Below, piece by piece: positions 50,421 to 64,000 of a stretch of DNA of 64,000 bases. Made by a program: the position numbers and the translations under genes. Each line of letters begins with the position of its first letter. Positions within the stretch are counted from its first letter, which is position 1. Under the pieces are notes generated by a model. It was given only the letters and a program-made list of their open reading frames with translations. It had not been told where the DNA came from and did no database searches. Origin of the DNA: Octopus sinensis (taxonomy: Eukaryota); assembly GCF_006345805.1 (NCBI RefSeq), contig NC_043013.1, positions 53,940,001 through 54,004,000 on the forward strand, written 5' to 3'.

Positions 50421-53379
50421 AGACTATATTAATTTCCATACATTCCTGAGATTTTAGCTGTGGGTGTTCATTGTGTTAATCGGGATTTTAAAGAAAAAGC
50501 CAAACACATAAATAAGCTAATTTTATTGATAAGATATTTGTACATTTAGAAAGTCTATGCTGTTGTTTTAACTTAGCCAAATATGAACAAAAAATCTATA
50601 AAAACTTATAAAAGAATGTTGCAGTCTATTAATTTTAGTTTAAACTTTCTAAATCGATGCACCTTTGTCAATATTGTTCTCTTACTGTTATATACCTCAA
50701 CTACAACCCACAGACATATTGTCTCCTTATAATGATTTCTTTAATACTAATATGGTACCTCTGCTTTTTTGAGTCATCTGGGTTTTTGCCATTCCCATTC
50801 AGACTCTTTCAACTTTTCCCCTCTTTCTTTCATCATCTATATTGTATCTACACTCTCAGGTTTTGTTGTAACCATCTTTCCTGTACGTTAGCCCTCTGGA
50901 ATTCCTGCCCTCTTTTCTGCACCCATCACTTTACCACTGACAAAGTGGAACATCAACTGTTTTGATTTTTACCATTCTTGAGAGTTTTTACAAACAACAA
51001 GCCATTAAATAAGATTTTAAAAGAAATAGGAAATATTTCCAATTTTCTCAACTGAATTATTAGTACTGCATGGCAAAGGTGCTCCAGCTTGCAATCTATA
51101 CTGATTCCCTAAAGTATGAATAAAAGAAATTCCACATCTACCTTAAACACGTGAAGCTTGAACTCGGTTGTCAGGTTTTTCTTAAGATGTAATTAAGATA
51201 GACAACTTGAGTTGTGAAACAAAAACTGAGGCAACAAGGAGTGATATCAGTAGAATGATTTTGTAATAAATAGGCCAGTACTAAGAATCCTTTTTACTTT
51301 CATCACTATATCAGATCTCATCTGAATTGCATGTAAAAATGGGAGCAAATCATTATCTTTGAAATGATTGGTTATAAAGTGGGGTTAAGTAATTTGCCTA
51401 TTAAAATTCAAAATGAAAATGTTCTCCTTTTCAGTGCATTGAACAAAAACCCACGTTTTGCAATTAAAAAAATATGAAAGTAGAGAATTAATTATTCTAG
51501 TTATTTAGATAAGATATACTAGTACAGACAAGACAGTGGAAATTATCCTAATTACATATTGGCAGAATTATACTATTTAATTATGTAGTTAAAGCAATTA
51601 AATTTTCATTTATGTATTGAATTTTTTCGAATCAATAAGAGATGAGATAATTTATAATCTATATGAATTTTTATGGAGAAAATGGAATATATACAAGCAC
51701 TTCACTACACCAACAAAAGCAAAAGAGCATTTTGTCCATAACAAAATAAAAAGCATGTTAGCTGCAAAGATAATTTTCTGTATTCCTGTTTCTCAATTCC
51801 ATGCCAGTCTTTCAACAGCAGCAAAAAATGTTTTGAAAATTTAGAGAGAGCCAAGAGTTATGAGTAGTAATACATTTTTATGGTTAGGTTTCCATGGTTT
51901 ACATGACTCAGATTTTCATTTAAACATCTCCCTCACCACACACAATAGACTTGGAGTTATGTTGATCGTTTTTGGTGAGGATGTCTTTAAAGATGGCTCT
52001 AGTTTGGGAATTATTGTTGGCAATACTTTATATTCCAGTTATTTGAATTATATCAGATACTGGGAAATGTTAATGACGGTAATTCTTGCAAGATATAAAT
52101 CAATAATCTTTTTAGCAATACATGAATTATTAGATACAAATTTTTAAATTCTAAAAAAATTCTCACTATATTTTGCAATAAATTAATTTGCCTTGTACAA
52201 TTTCATGTAATAAATTCCATGCAAATAAGAAAACTAATACACATGTCTCTCATAGTAAACTAGCCATTAATTTTTTTAAGTTGACCAATAAAGAAAACTC
52301 CTGCAATTAACCATGCTTTTCATATGATAAAATTACTGAAAGAGAATATTAAAAACATACATTACAGCCCATATGCCTAAATATGTATAGTTTATGTCAT
52401 AAATATGTATAATGTATGCCATAAAACATTGGAGAAGAGGCTATTGCAGAAAACACTGTCTTCATATAGTTATATAGCATAGCTAGAACAAATCAGCTTC
52501 AGGGGGGATTCCTCTCTAAACTCTAACCATGAGTAAAGAGTTTTAACTCAGAATAGTAGTAAGCTAATAAAATAGTGATGGTAATTTACACCTATGCATA
52601 TAAATACTGTACATGTATGTTTCAACCTGTATACATCTTCATGTGAATATATACACATGATTACACCTGTATAGTATTTATGCAGGTATGCATGCATGCA
52701 TATAATCCCTGCATTCATTCCTGTATGTATATCAAATTGCATATATATAAATAATTGTGTATATATGGTTATGTGAAATTGCCCCGTTTTTGTGAGTTAT
52801 ATTAAACAAAACATATTAACATAATACAGAATGTAATTATCTACAACCATGACAAACATGCAGTCTGTGCCATAACTCTGAATTATTTACCAACATTTAT
52901 TGCTCATGGAGCACATTTATGATTATATTCTTCAAGATAGTAACATTCCATATATCTGAAATACATGTATATCTTAGTTTGTACATGTGTGTATGTGCGA
53001 TCATTTTTGTGCCCCCTTCCCATGCTGGTAAGGGTTTGACAGAGAGTCCTGTCCCTGGATTTGGCAGAGAGCCAAGTGTTGCTTGTGCATTCTACTTCTG
53101 CTACTGTCTCTTTGTTCTTTTTAACATTGACCACTTTACATACGATTCTGGATGCATTTCACCAACACAACCTGAGAGACTCTGCTAGAGTCTTCCTGAC
53201 CCTTCAAGGTTTCTGTTTGCCATCTACTTCAGAGTATATTGGGTGTGTGTATGTGCACACACACACACATACACACACACATTTTAGTTCACTTTTATTG
53301 TTAATGTAAAATGAGAGAAAGATTTTGTTCTGTTTAGTCGCATATTTTAAGTAAACTGGTATATAATAGATTCGACTGG

Positions 53380-53650
53380 TTACTATTCGTCTGAACTACT
53401 CTTTTCCCTTGTCTTTATTCATTGGCATCATCTCTTGCTCTCATCAATTCTAATGTACTCTATGGATCCATCTTGTTCTTTCTCCTGATTAATTGTCTCT
53501 TTATTAATTGCTAAATGTCAGTCACTATTAACTTCATCAAATCCTCCACAAATAACTCAGCCAGCCATTCCACTTTATTAAATCTATTATCTTGTCAGCT
53601 GCAATAATGTCATCTGTTAAAGAGGATCTTTGACTACTTTGTAATGGGGA
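53380..53650 (-). mobile_element. Possible very old RTE RT relic
   Basis: Minus-strand EWLAELF and MMPMNKDKG weakly resemble RT N-terminal motifs. Confidence 0.25.
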
Positions 53651-54509
53651 ATGGCTCTACTAACAAATTTATCTTAAAGAATAAGAACCTAATTACTCCT
53701 CTACATCACCATGCAATTTCATAATCCTTCATCTCACAACTTGTGCTACACTTTCAAATTTCCACTCATCTCTCACTTGATATGTAACTAAATGACCTGA
53801 ATATAGGTTTAGCTATCTTTCCCATGCCAAAATATATCCTATTGTTGATTCTTTCATAGATGCTATGGCAGTGACACAGGCAGTAACCTACATCCTCTAT
53901 CATGTAAAAAAAAAAAAACGGGTCATAGTCTTTATAGCAGTAGAGGGGACCTTATTCTCATCAAAAGGTATTCCTTAACCCAATATAAAATAACTGCATT
54001 CTCTATTTATTCAAACTGACAGTCTGCATATACTCTCGTTTTCTTTCCACTCCTGCTCTCACCTCTAAAGACATGCACTTTTCATTCAGAGAACCACCAT
54101 TCATTTCACTGTCTTTCAATTTTATATATACTCATTTTATATTACTTTAGCCTGCAGGTCTTCAAACTCTTGATTTAACATCACCAACATTATATCTTTA
54201 ATTATGCTGCCGCATAATAGTTGTGTGTTTGGGGAATTCTCAGTAAACTGTTGGCCTCAGCTTTTGTTGCTTTAAACAATCAATGACTATATACCATTGA
54301 AAGAAAAATGTATTGCAGAGAATGAAATGCTTCTTTTTTTGTATGTTTTCCACGTGTTTGTTATGTGTATATGTGCATTTATATTTGTGTATGTATGTCT
54401 GTGTGTGTGCTTTTCCATCACTTGAAAGTGGGTAAGACTTGGTAGCATGCACCATACTTTCATTCATTGTTTTAGGCGTTGATGTATTCCTGAACTGATG
54501 CATAAACTT

Positions 54510-54672
54510 TCAGTCTGCCCACACTCGACCCAGCATAACAGCAGGATGTGCCAGCTGGAAGGAGTGAGGGCTGTATCAGCATTGCCTTACTCAAGCATAT
54601 CAAACACCACCTAGTTCATGAATTGAACCTATGACCTCACAATTATGAAGTCAACGTCCTAACCGCTAGGCT
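54510..54672 (-). mobile_element. Degenerate tRNA-headed SINE
   Basis: Minus-strand head tagcctagcggttaggacgttgacttcataattgtgaggtcataggttcaattc. Confidence 0.5.
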
Positions 54673-54974
54673 AAGCTCTTTCACATATAAATGCACTGAA
54701 CTATCTGGGGCTAATGCATTCTTTACCTTATCTACACTGCTATCCATTTCCCTCCCTCTTCTGGATGACTTATGCTTTACTTGTCACCCCCCCCCCATTC
54801 TTGTTTCCTTTTGCTATTGCCTATCATTTCACTAAATCTGCCTCTGCCATCCTACTCTTGCCCCTTTCACACCCCACATCTTTGCCTGCTACTGTTACCC
54901 TTCACTACCACATTACCTGTGTGAAAATAGATACCTTAAGTTTCTGAGTACTCTTTACATACACAGCGTACAAG

Positions 54975-55238
54975 GCAGCCTCCTCTAATGTGAAAGGTAG
55001 GAGAGTCCAGTTTGCTGGACATTGTTGTAGAGCTGAAAAAGAGGTAATTTCTACTCTTCTCCTCTGGAAGCCATCTGCTCACAATACCAGAGGGTGCACA
55101 CTCTCCTACCCTGATGTAATCTCCAGGGATACAGGTATCCAGCAACAGGACCTCTGTAATGCCATGATGGACCGTGAAGTCTGGTGTAGCATGGTAAATT
55201 CCATTGTCTCGACCACCGTCAAACAATGATGATGATGA
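54975..55238 (+). mobile_element. 5'-truncated RTE LINE (second lineage), ORF C-terminus running into a (TGA)n tail
   Basis: KGRRVQFAGHCCRAEKEVISTLLLW...LSYPDVISRDTG...AMMDREVW...; stop codon lies in tgatgatgatga. Confidence 0.9.
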
Positions 55239-57569
55239 ATGCTGGTGGCATAATGGAACACGTCTCCCCCATGCATGCATGCACACTAACATGATTAGTA
55301 AGCAAGCACAGGTAATGTACAGTGGTTGCTTAGTTCTTTCACATCTAGGATTTTACAACCTCCCTAGTACTGGTACCATGAAAAATACACCCAGTAAACA
55401 ATGTACATTGGATGGCAATTAAGTAGAGAAAAGACAGGGCTTAAATGTCCCTTAAGTCTCACTGAGAACTTATCAAACCCTTTAGTACTGGTTCCATGAG
55501 AAAATGCACCAAGTACACTCTGTAAAATGATTGGCATTAAGAAGGACTCAAAGGAACAAAGTCAAAATGACATGATTGAGCACTGGCCTCAATAATTAAT
55601 TCTCTACTTTCAGTGTCTCAAAATATATATAAAAAAAACCCAAAGAACTTTAACTGTGATAACTTGGCCAATCCATTTCAAAATGGAAAGCAGACATAAA
55701 AATTCTTTATGATAATGATATATATATATATAAAAGATGTTTGTCATACAATTTATTGCATATTATATAATTTCAAATGAAAGATGTATTTCATAGAGTA
55801 ATGCCTGGTGGCTTTTACTTCAAATTTGCTATAAAAGAAAGAACAAAATGAATATTAATGCAGCTGTTGACTGTGAATAAAATCCTTTATATATTATATA
55901 TTCATAGCATCTGTCAATTGTTTAATTTTGTTTTTCTCCTATATCATGTAACTGAATGCCATTTAAAACGTTATTGCATTCTTGACATCCATATTTTGTC
56001 AATGTAGTCTTGTCTGTTGAGATGTTTTCAAGGAAGATAACTAAAAGGTTTATTAATAATGTACATAAATCTAAGGAATACCATTATTGTCATCATGATT
56101 TTGACACCCACATTTCTATACTCTCATAGGTTAAGACAATTCATTGAGAAAGAAATTCTGCAACAAGACACCCTTCCTGTTGTCAACCCTCAGCTGTTTC
56201 CGAGCAAAGTAATATTTCCCTGTACCTAGCCATCTGTTTCTCCTGCTAATGCACTCTACACAACAATCTATGTATTTCACCCCACCATTAATTCTCTCCC
56301 CCCACCACAGCCATATGTATATTTCATTTCCAAGTGTTATAAATTATGAAAATGTCTTACAAACTAATCCTCCACACTACAATCCATTAAGCAAGAGTTC
56401 TCTCTAGCTTTATGGATATGGTTCTCCTATGAAAGCCTTTTCTACACTCATAAATGCAAAGTAGTTCTGTATGATATGCTTTTCTTGGCAACTGGAATAA
56501 AACCTATTGATGCTTACTTAATCTTTTACTAATTTTGTCATGACTGTTAATACATGCATTATACCTTTAGGTATAACAAGTTGGGGATTTTTATATCATA
56601 ATTGTTATATTTGTTTTAGCAACTTAAATGCCATATTATTTTTATTGACATAGAGAATAAATATGATCAACTTATTTCAGACATTCTCTTCATCAATGAT
56701 TGAACATATGGTTGTATTTTCTTTGTGCCTTTATCCCTGCAAGACCTCTTATTTTCTGAGTGTTTTTTGTTGTTGTTTTTTGAGTAATTGTGATGGCCTA
56801 TATTTTAACTAACTTTAAACTAGTGCCCTTAATAATCACAGCCCATATTTACAGATTTCAACTGGATCAATAACTTCCATCATGAAAATCTCCCCTCCAT
56901 ACACTAAAACGGTCAGTAGTTCTTCAAGAGATTGTCTTGAAAGAACTAATTATTGTTTCTATTAAAGAATTCATTTTGCATTCAAATTACTTATCAAAGG
57001 CTACTTTCAGCATCCACACTGTCATCTCTTGGGATTTTATGCGCATTCTTAATTTTCTCACAAACTAATCAATATTAGGTGGAATATTGAGAATTTGGAA
57101 AGACTCATTGTGGGTCTGTGTTGTTGAAAGTAATCCATTGGAATAAAGTTGTATTAAAAACAGAAGTCAGTGTATTAAGTAGTGCAGAAAAGGAACACAT
57201 CAGTATGTTGAGCATATGCTTTTTTTCTAGATGAACGAGACAAAGGGGGGGGGGGAGAATTAGTGATGTATTTATTCAACAAGTGATGATGGTAATGAAT
57301 GCAGGAAGTATTTAGCTGGTTGGTCACATGTTATTTTATTAACAGAGCTGAGTGCGCAGCAGTATGTGAAGAGGAGTGGAAATATTATGGTGTGAGTAAG
57401 CGTGTATATGTGTGTGTCTAGGAGATGCAATGAAAGGGGAAGGGGGCGAGTTAGAGGGAAATAATTAAAAAGCAAAAACCTGGTTAAACTTTGCATGTGT
57501 CATCAGTCGTCATTCAACCTGATTGTTGAGGTCAAGATGTTTTTATGTTACAGCTGTATCTGACTGATT

Positions 57570-57950
57570 GTTAACCCTGTCGTAATTACAATATATCTGG
57601 CACTCACACTTCAGACTGTTCCAACATTTCTTTGATTTAGCAATATTTTTATTTCTTAAGCCATCTCTTCACCCGGCCTCTTCTACAATGATCTCTGTTC
57701 CTCAAAATGTAGATAACTCTATCCATTTCTACCTATCATGTCCATTACTTCTCCTCTTATTACATCAACCATGCTTTCTCATCTAAATTCCACTCTAATT
57801 GTTGTGTTCAATCTTTTCTTTCCAGAACATCAGTCCTTTGGAATCTCTTTCATGTCAGCATCTTTCTTGCAGACATTGACTAATGAATGTTCAAAGTGAA
57901 CATCAACCATAAGTCCTCACTAATATTTGAAGGCCTGAGCACACTGCTCC
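57570..57950 (-). mobile_element. Possible old RTE C-terminal relic
   Basis: Minus-strand ESMVDVIR...MDMIG and gtagaagaggccgg weakly resemble the RRRLRWYGHV...GRPK region. Confidence 0.25.
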
Positions 57951-58051
57951 TTTTTCCTGACTAATTTAGAGAAAGGGGTTTTATGAATAAGTACATCAGC
58001 ATTGCGGTTTCATATATTGACCAATATATGTGTATGTATATATTCGTGTAT

Positions 58052-58178
<127 letters not shown>

Positions 58179-59156
58179 ATGTATATAAATATATTTATGT
58201 GTGTGTGTATATAACATGCACACACATGTATATGTTTAAGTGGGACTTCTTGAAACTAAAAAAGTACTTGTTGAAAATGATTTATGTTTACCACAAAGAT
58301 GGTATATCTGCAAACAATCATTAATCTTTTCTACAGCTGATTTTAAAAAAATATTCTTCTTTTGGGCATTATTTTCTTACATAGTTAAATTGTTTCATTG
58401 GGGACAAAAACAACAGATACACTGTCAGTCTCTCTCTCTCTCCTCCCCACTCTCTCTACCTCTTTCTCATTTATTGTAACTTCTTATTGAAATACATTTA
58501 TTTTTTAATCAATAAAACAGCCAGTCAAATAGAATAAAATCAATCTTGTCAGAGTGAAAAGAAATAGAAATCATTCTTTATGTATATTGTTGAAATGGTT
58601 GTTGTATATTTCAACCTACTTTATGTATTTACTACACATTCGTTTTACTAGGCATTGTAACAAATTCCAAGACTTTACTAAATAGAGATTTTACTTGTGT
58701 GCTCCAAAGTCCTCTTCCAATCATAGTTTAATTTTTATAGATCCTGACAGACAACAATTATTAAGAAATATCAAAAATAAGAAGGAATTATGAAGTATAA
58801 CCTCACTTAAAATTCTCATTTAATGATTAAACATTTTAAGAAGATTTCTAATTTGTTTATAAAAATTCTTTAAGTATTTACAATAGAAATTAAGTTGGCC
58901 ACATTAGGGTTTCCTGCGTTCAGCATTGACCATGCATCTGCTTATTGCATATGTACTTCCAGGCTAGGTCAATGCTGTTTTTCCTTTTGAGAAAGACTTC
59001 AAGTTGCTCATGAATGCAAATCTTCTCCATGCCACCTAAATCTATCTAAAGAAAAGGCTGCAAGCTAGAGCTGATATAGTTTGGTACTTAAGAGCCAGAA
59101 CAGCCAGCGTAAGATATCTTGCTTGACCCTCTAAAAGTTCTGTTAATGCACCATAC

Positions 59157-59240
59157 GGGATTGATACTTAGTTATTGACCCTGAAAAGAGGAAGATGAAG
59201 TTGACCACAGTGGGATTTGAACTCATGAGAAGAGTTAAGA
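59157..59240 (-). mobile_element. Degenerate family B-like SINE fragment
   Basis: ttattgaccctgaaaagaggaagatgaagttgaccacagtgggatttgaactc. Confidence 0.4.
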
Positions 59241-61504
59241 GAGTTTTTCAACTTGTGTCTAGGAACCTTAAAGAATTACTGAAAGCATGTTACTTGTTAC
59301 CAAGCCATACTAAGTTGCTAGTGATGACCGACTGCCCTGTATGAAATGAATATCGAATGAAATAAATTAGAAACATCAAATTGAGCTTATACTCTTTACG
59401 CTTGTTCTTTTTTAATACAGGGTGGAGATATGTGGCTTTAGAGGCTCTATCTCATAAGTCTTTGTCAGCTGGATGGCCTTCAGTAATTGAATTATAAGTT
59501 TTTGAAAATAACATTAGGGACTTCAAAGCACTTGATGTCCAGGGCCAACATTCTTACATTGGCTCTAAAGTTATTTAATTTGCTCTGTCATACAGTTGAT
59601 ACCAGAATGAGTAAAGAAAATCTTTGTCCATATTTTGCTAAGTGTTCCTTAAAGTAAAAGTTTGAAAATATAAATTTTATGTTAGCCACTGTTTTAGAGA
59701 AAAATAGTTATTAGAAGAATGAATTTGCAAAAAACATAGAAAGATCAAGTAACTTAATAGATGTAAAGGACATTCGTTATAATTGAGTTCTGGTTTATTA
59801 TAATAAATGCAGATGTAAAATAGGAGGAAGAAAATTTCAAATGGAATTATTTTGTGTGCATTGCTTAAATTGCAAATCTTTGTTTCACTGTTCAGCTCTT
59901 TATATCCTTAAGTTTTAGTAGAGCATTGCATAATAAAGAAACAGGATAGATCACAAACTTAGTAATATTTGAATAGAACACTGAAATTTGATTACAGCAG
60001 TTCTGCAGAAACAATTATAGTTGAATTAAATTTGAAAATTGTAAAAACTTAAAAAAAAAAAAAAAAGAAAAAAAATAGATAGCTTTAAGGAAAATTATTG
60101 AAGATGATTTTGCAATTTCTGATTTAGTTTTAATAAGAATTTTATCAGCACCTCTGCCAATTTGGACAAAGATTGCTGGATATTTTAACAATTCTGAACA
60201 TTAAGAAATTATGGAACCATTTTCTATTCTGTTAGCTAAAAGCTTTACTGGTAGAATTTTTATAGATATGTATCAACAATATGCATATATTTCAGTTAAA
60301 TATGTAAAAGGTGAAAGTATATTTATCAATATATATTTTTTAAGTACGAAAGATCTTGAGTTATAATAGTGAAATCACTTCATAGAGTTTGCTAAAAGCT
60401 TCATGTGTGCTACACATTTGTAGCACTTATTTCAATATATAGAAATATTGATGTACATACATATATGTATATATTATTCATAATATCACATATAATATAC
60501 TTGTCAAATTGTATATCTTATAAGTAACTATTACAAAAAAAGAATGATGCTACTTAGACATTTTTTCAACATTAATAGAGCAGTTGGCTTGAATTTCAGG
60601 CTAGTTTTACATTTTCTTTCAAAACTACTTTTCTCTTTAATTTGCTTTTAGAATATTTCCTAAAAATTTATGAAGACATTCCAAGTTTTTTTTTTGTTTG
60701 TTTTTTTAACATTAAAGCTTGAAATATTTCTTTTATTACATTACAGTTTTTTTTTTCTTTTTTCATCAACACTAAACCTTCAACAAGGTGCAATGTCTGA
60801 CATTTTAATTCTATGAATAAATTATTGGAAATTATTATTGACAATCTGTTATGAATAAAATTGAGAGCACCATATTTTAAAATCCTAAAATATTTTCACT
60901 GTAACAAAATTATATTAATTTTTTTTCTAAAAGTTTTCATAATTTTAAAATATAATCATCCTGTGAATTTAGTTTTGCTAGTAATACTGATCCGTAAACA
61001 CAGAAGATCTATTTTCTTTGATAAACGGTGAATTACAAGAATAATATATAACTAGATTTTGCTGCTCATGTTTGGAATGATTTTTGAAGTGATTAATCAA
61101 TCCTTTACATTCATAATTTGCATTCACTTGTGTGTGTAGTGTACATTTTTTAAAATGATATCTAAAAACACATATTTCTTAATTTACAGTAGCAAAGTAT
61201 TTCACAATAATCCAAAAAGTTTGCCAAGTTAAAGTAATTTTGGGTAACAATTTATCAGCCTTTCTTATATTTTCTAAATTATTTTTATTTTCATTTTCTC
61301 CAAATTTACCCAATTATTGCTTTTTAGAAAATGTCTCAGATCAATCTGCGTACTGAATGAAACTCTAATTTACATATAAAACAAGTAAACCCTCAAACTT
61401 TGGTTATATTTCTAGCATCTGCTCCAATATTTTATTGTTCAACATGCAAGTTTGTAGTTTTACCCTTAGAACTGTTGACATATAGAGAAAGGTTAGATTT
61501 TTTT

Positions 61505-61700
61505 TTTCTTCAAGTTGTTTCAGCCACTGAAGTGTGGTCATGGTGGAATTCCACCTTCAAAGTAGAATAAGTACCAGGCTTTTGGTTCAAGACTGGTACT
61601 TAATTTATCAGTCAGTCTCTTTTGCCAAACCATTAGATTATATGGATACAAAAAAATCACTTCTAGTTATCAAGCTATGGTGGTGGAGGGGACACACACA
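61505..61700 (-). mobile_element. Degenerate SINE family A, 3' half
   Basis: gttgtttcagccactgaagtgtggtcatg and gtctctttgccaaacc match the reverse complement of the family A tail. Confidence 0.6.
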
Positions 61701-61759
61701 TGCACGCACACATGCATGCACACACATGCACGCACACACGCACGCACACACACACAGTC

Positions 61760-62390
61760 TCTATGGCTGGATGTGTTTCCTAATGACATCCATATTACAG
61801 TGTGTGTTAGGTATTATCTTTCATAATACAATCACTAGTGAGGTTGCAAGAGAGAGAAAGAGAGAGAGAATGGGGGGAAGCTCTAGGTGATGGTATTTCG
61901 AGGGTTTGTGTGTGTAGAGGGATGACTTCAAGCCAAAGATAAGCATAATAGGACAAAGGGGATACGTGGGTACCATGCATTATATAGGAGTGGCAAGGAG
62001 TAGGGTACTGTTGTAGTGCCAGAGCAAATTCCCAAGGTACATGAAAGTGACCCGTGATGGGAGGGTGATGGTTAGAGATGAGGTTTGGAGGAATTAGAGT
62101 TGATGGGAGATATCTGTATGGCAGAGGGGTGGCTAAGGTGAGGGATAGAAGTGGCTCAAGAAGGATAGATCTGAAGGTTGGTGAGAGGGGATGATGTGTA
62201 GGAGTGGAAAGGAGGAAGAGGGTGTATGAAAGCAAATGTGTGACATGTTTAATGGTATAGAAAGGAATGTGGTAGAGGGGAAGGATAACTGAAAGCATAG
62301 AAATGTGGTCAGCGAAATAGGGCAGAGTATTATGTGGGCTGATAAAGGGTTGCCTGTTAGGGGAATGGGATGTGAGGAATGCTCGGCAAC
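61760..62390 (-). mobile_element. Degenerate RTE-type tail plus pyrimidine-rich tract (purine-rich on +)
   Basis: tggctggatgtgtttcctaatgac...cactagtgaggttgcaagagagag followed by about 500 bp of G/A-rich sequence. Confidence 0.4.
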
Positions 62391-62506
62391 AGAATGGGCT
62401 ATAACAATATCAGTGCTTTTAGGACATCACTTTTGTTGTGCTTGATAGACCTTCTCAAGAACAGTGAATCAGCAATCATCTTGATCTTTCATCCTATCCA
62501 CTGTGT

Positions 62507-62514
<8 letters not shown>

Positions 62515-62566
<52 letters not shown>

Positions 62567-62572
62567 TGTGTA

Positions 62573-62609
<37 letters not shown>
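62515..62609. repeat. (TG)n(TA)n compound microsatellite
   Basis: Direct reading. Confidence 0.97.
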
Positions 62610-62995
62610 CATCATCACTGTTTAACGTCTGTTTTCTATGCTAGCATGGGTTGGACGGTTCGACCAGGGTCTGGGAAGCCAGGAGGCTGCACCAGGCTCC
62701 AGTCTGATCTGGCAGTGTTTCTACAGCTGGATGGACTTCCTAATGCCAACCACTCCATGAATGTAGTGGGTGCTTTTTACGTGCTACCGGCACAGGTGCC
62801 AGGGAAGGCTGGCAAACGGCCATGATCAGTTGGTGCTTTTTATGTGCCGCCAGCACAGAAGCCAGTCAAAGGCGATGCTGGCATCAGCCACATTCGAATG
62901 GTGCATTTATGTGCCACCAGCACAGGTATCACTACTACAATTTCCATTTGATTTTTTGATGTTGATGTACTTAACTCAATAGGTCTCCTCAAGCA
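62608..62995 (-). mobile_element. RTE 3' UTR copy (same family as 43159)
   Basis: Reverse complement aligns with 44620-44936, with one extra copy of the gtgcc..ggcac-taaa unit. Confidence 0.92.
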
Positions 62996-63039
62996 ATACA
63001 CACATACACACATATATATTTACTCACACACACACAAGT

Positions 63040-63200
63040 GCACATGCTGTTTCCACACAGTATTCTGCCAAATTTATTCACAAGTTATTGGCTGGCCTAT
63101 GCTTGTAGTGGAAATCCTTTTCGAAGGTGCTGCACAGTGGGCCTGAAACTGAAACCACAAGGTTGCAATGTGGGCTTCTTAACCACTCAGCCATACCTGT
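63040..63200 (-). mobile_element. Degenerate SINE 5' half (family A-like)
   Basis: Minus-strand ggtatggctgagtggttaagaagcccac...ggtttcagtttcaggcccactgtgcagcacc. Confidence 0.6.
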
Positions 63201-63216
63201 ACCTATAAAATATTAC

Positions 63217-63298
63217 TGGCAGTGGTGGGATACAAACCCATGCTCTGAAGAGACTGGTGCCTTAAACTAAAAGCTTACACTGCTGCTTGGCCATGCAG
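63217..63298 (-). pseudogene. tRNA-Leu(AAG) pseudogene
   Basis: Minus strand gcatggccaagcag...agtttAAGgcaccagtctcttcagagcatgggtttgtatcccaccactgcca follows the animal tRNA-Leu layout with long variable arm; D arm and B box damaged. Confidence 0.75.
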
Positions 63299-63422
63299 AA
63301 CTTCTCAACACAAAATGATTACTTTTTCTATTTTATTAAAATTTATTTGCTTCTCTCCATTAAATAATTCACAATTACTAATACTGATAATTCTGTGCAA
63401 ATATTAGAAAATTTTACAGTTT

Positions 63423-63758
63423 ATGGTGCAGGAGTGGCTGTGTGGTATGTAGCTTGCTTATCAACCACATGGTTCTGGGTTCAGTCCCCCTGCGTGGCAC
63501 CTTGAGCAAGTGTCTTTTACTATAGCCTCAGGCTGACCAAACCCTTGTCAGTTGATTTGGTAGACGGAAACTGAAAGAAGTTCGTCGTATATATGTATAT
63601 GTATATATATGTGTTTGTGTGTCTGTGTTTGTCCCCCCAACATCGTTTGACAACCGATGCTGGTGTGTTTAGGTCCCCGTAACTTAGTGGTTTGGCAAAG
63701 GAGGCCGATAGAGTAAGTTCTAGGCTTACAAAGAATAAGTCTTTGGGTCGATTTCCTT
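63423..63758 (+). mobile_element. SINE family A, 3' tail missing
   Basis: Close match to 41536-41870. Confidence 0.92.
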
Positions 63759-64000
63759 GCAGACATGGATTTACGTTAAACTATATATATATATACATAT
63801 ACACATGTAACTGCTTGGTATCGGTCATATTTTCAATATACATTTCTTGATTATTCCAACACTCATGAATATTTTCGTTCTGTTTTACGGATGAAATGAT
63901 TTATTGCATTTAAATTAGAAATAATGGCTGTGTGGAAATTCAAAGGCCAGCTCTAAATAGAATCATTGTGAGACAATGTTACACTTTACCATAAATCTAA

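Overview
AT-rich (roughly one-third GC by eye) animal DNA. The repeat content resembles octopus/coleoid cephalopod genomes: tRNA-headed SINEs, RTE-clade LINEs with (GAT)n tails, and dense TA/CA/TG microsatellites (this assignment is an inference). I recognise no host protein-coding gene. Nearly all ORFs in the supplied track come from microsatellites, SINEs or LINE debris. The window looks like a very long intron or intergenic DNA, with a few short minus-strand exon candidates (best 37638-37676 and 23856-23897). It holds one well-preserved but 5'-truncated, inactivated RTE LINE (43159-44936), many older RTE fragments, at least three SINE families, a hAT-type MITE, a Helitron/DINE-like element and a CpG-decayed tRNA-Leu pseudogene. 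Top observations: a complete minimal type I hammerhead ribozyme motif (2024-2079, +); a perfect 83-bp inverted repeat (8266-8498); a LINE 3' fragment at the exact centre of a 41-bp-arm palindrome (40064-40351); a PHD-like finger inside the RTE reverse transcriptase; and a head-to-tail SINE dimer. Boundaries of degenerate repeats are approximate, and all family assignments are from remembered motifs, not database searches.
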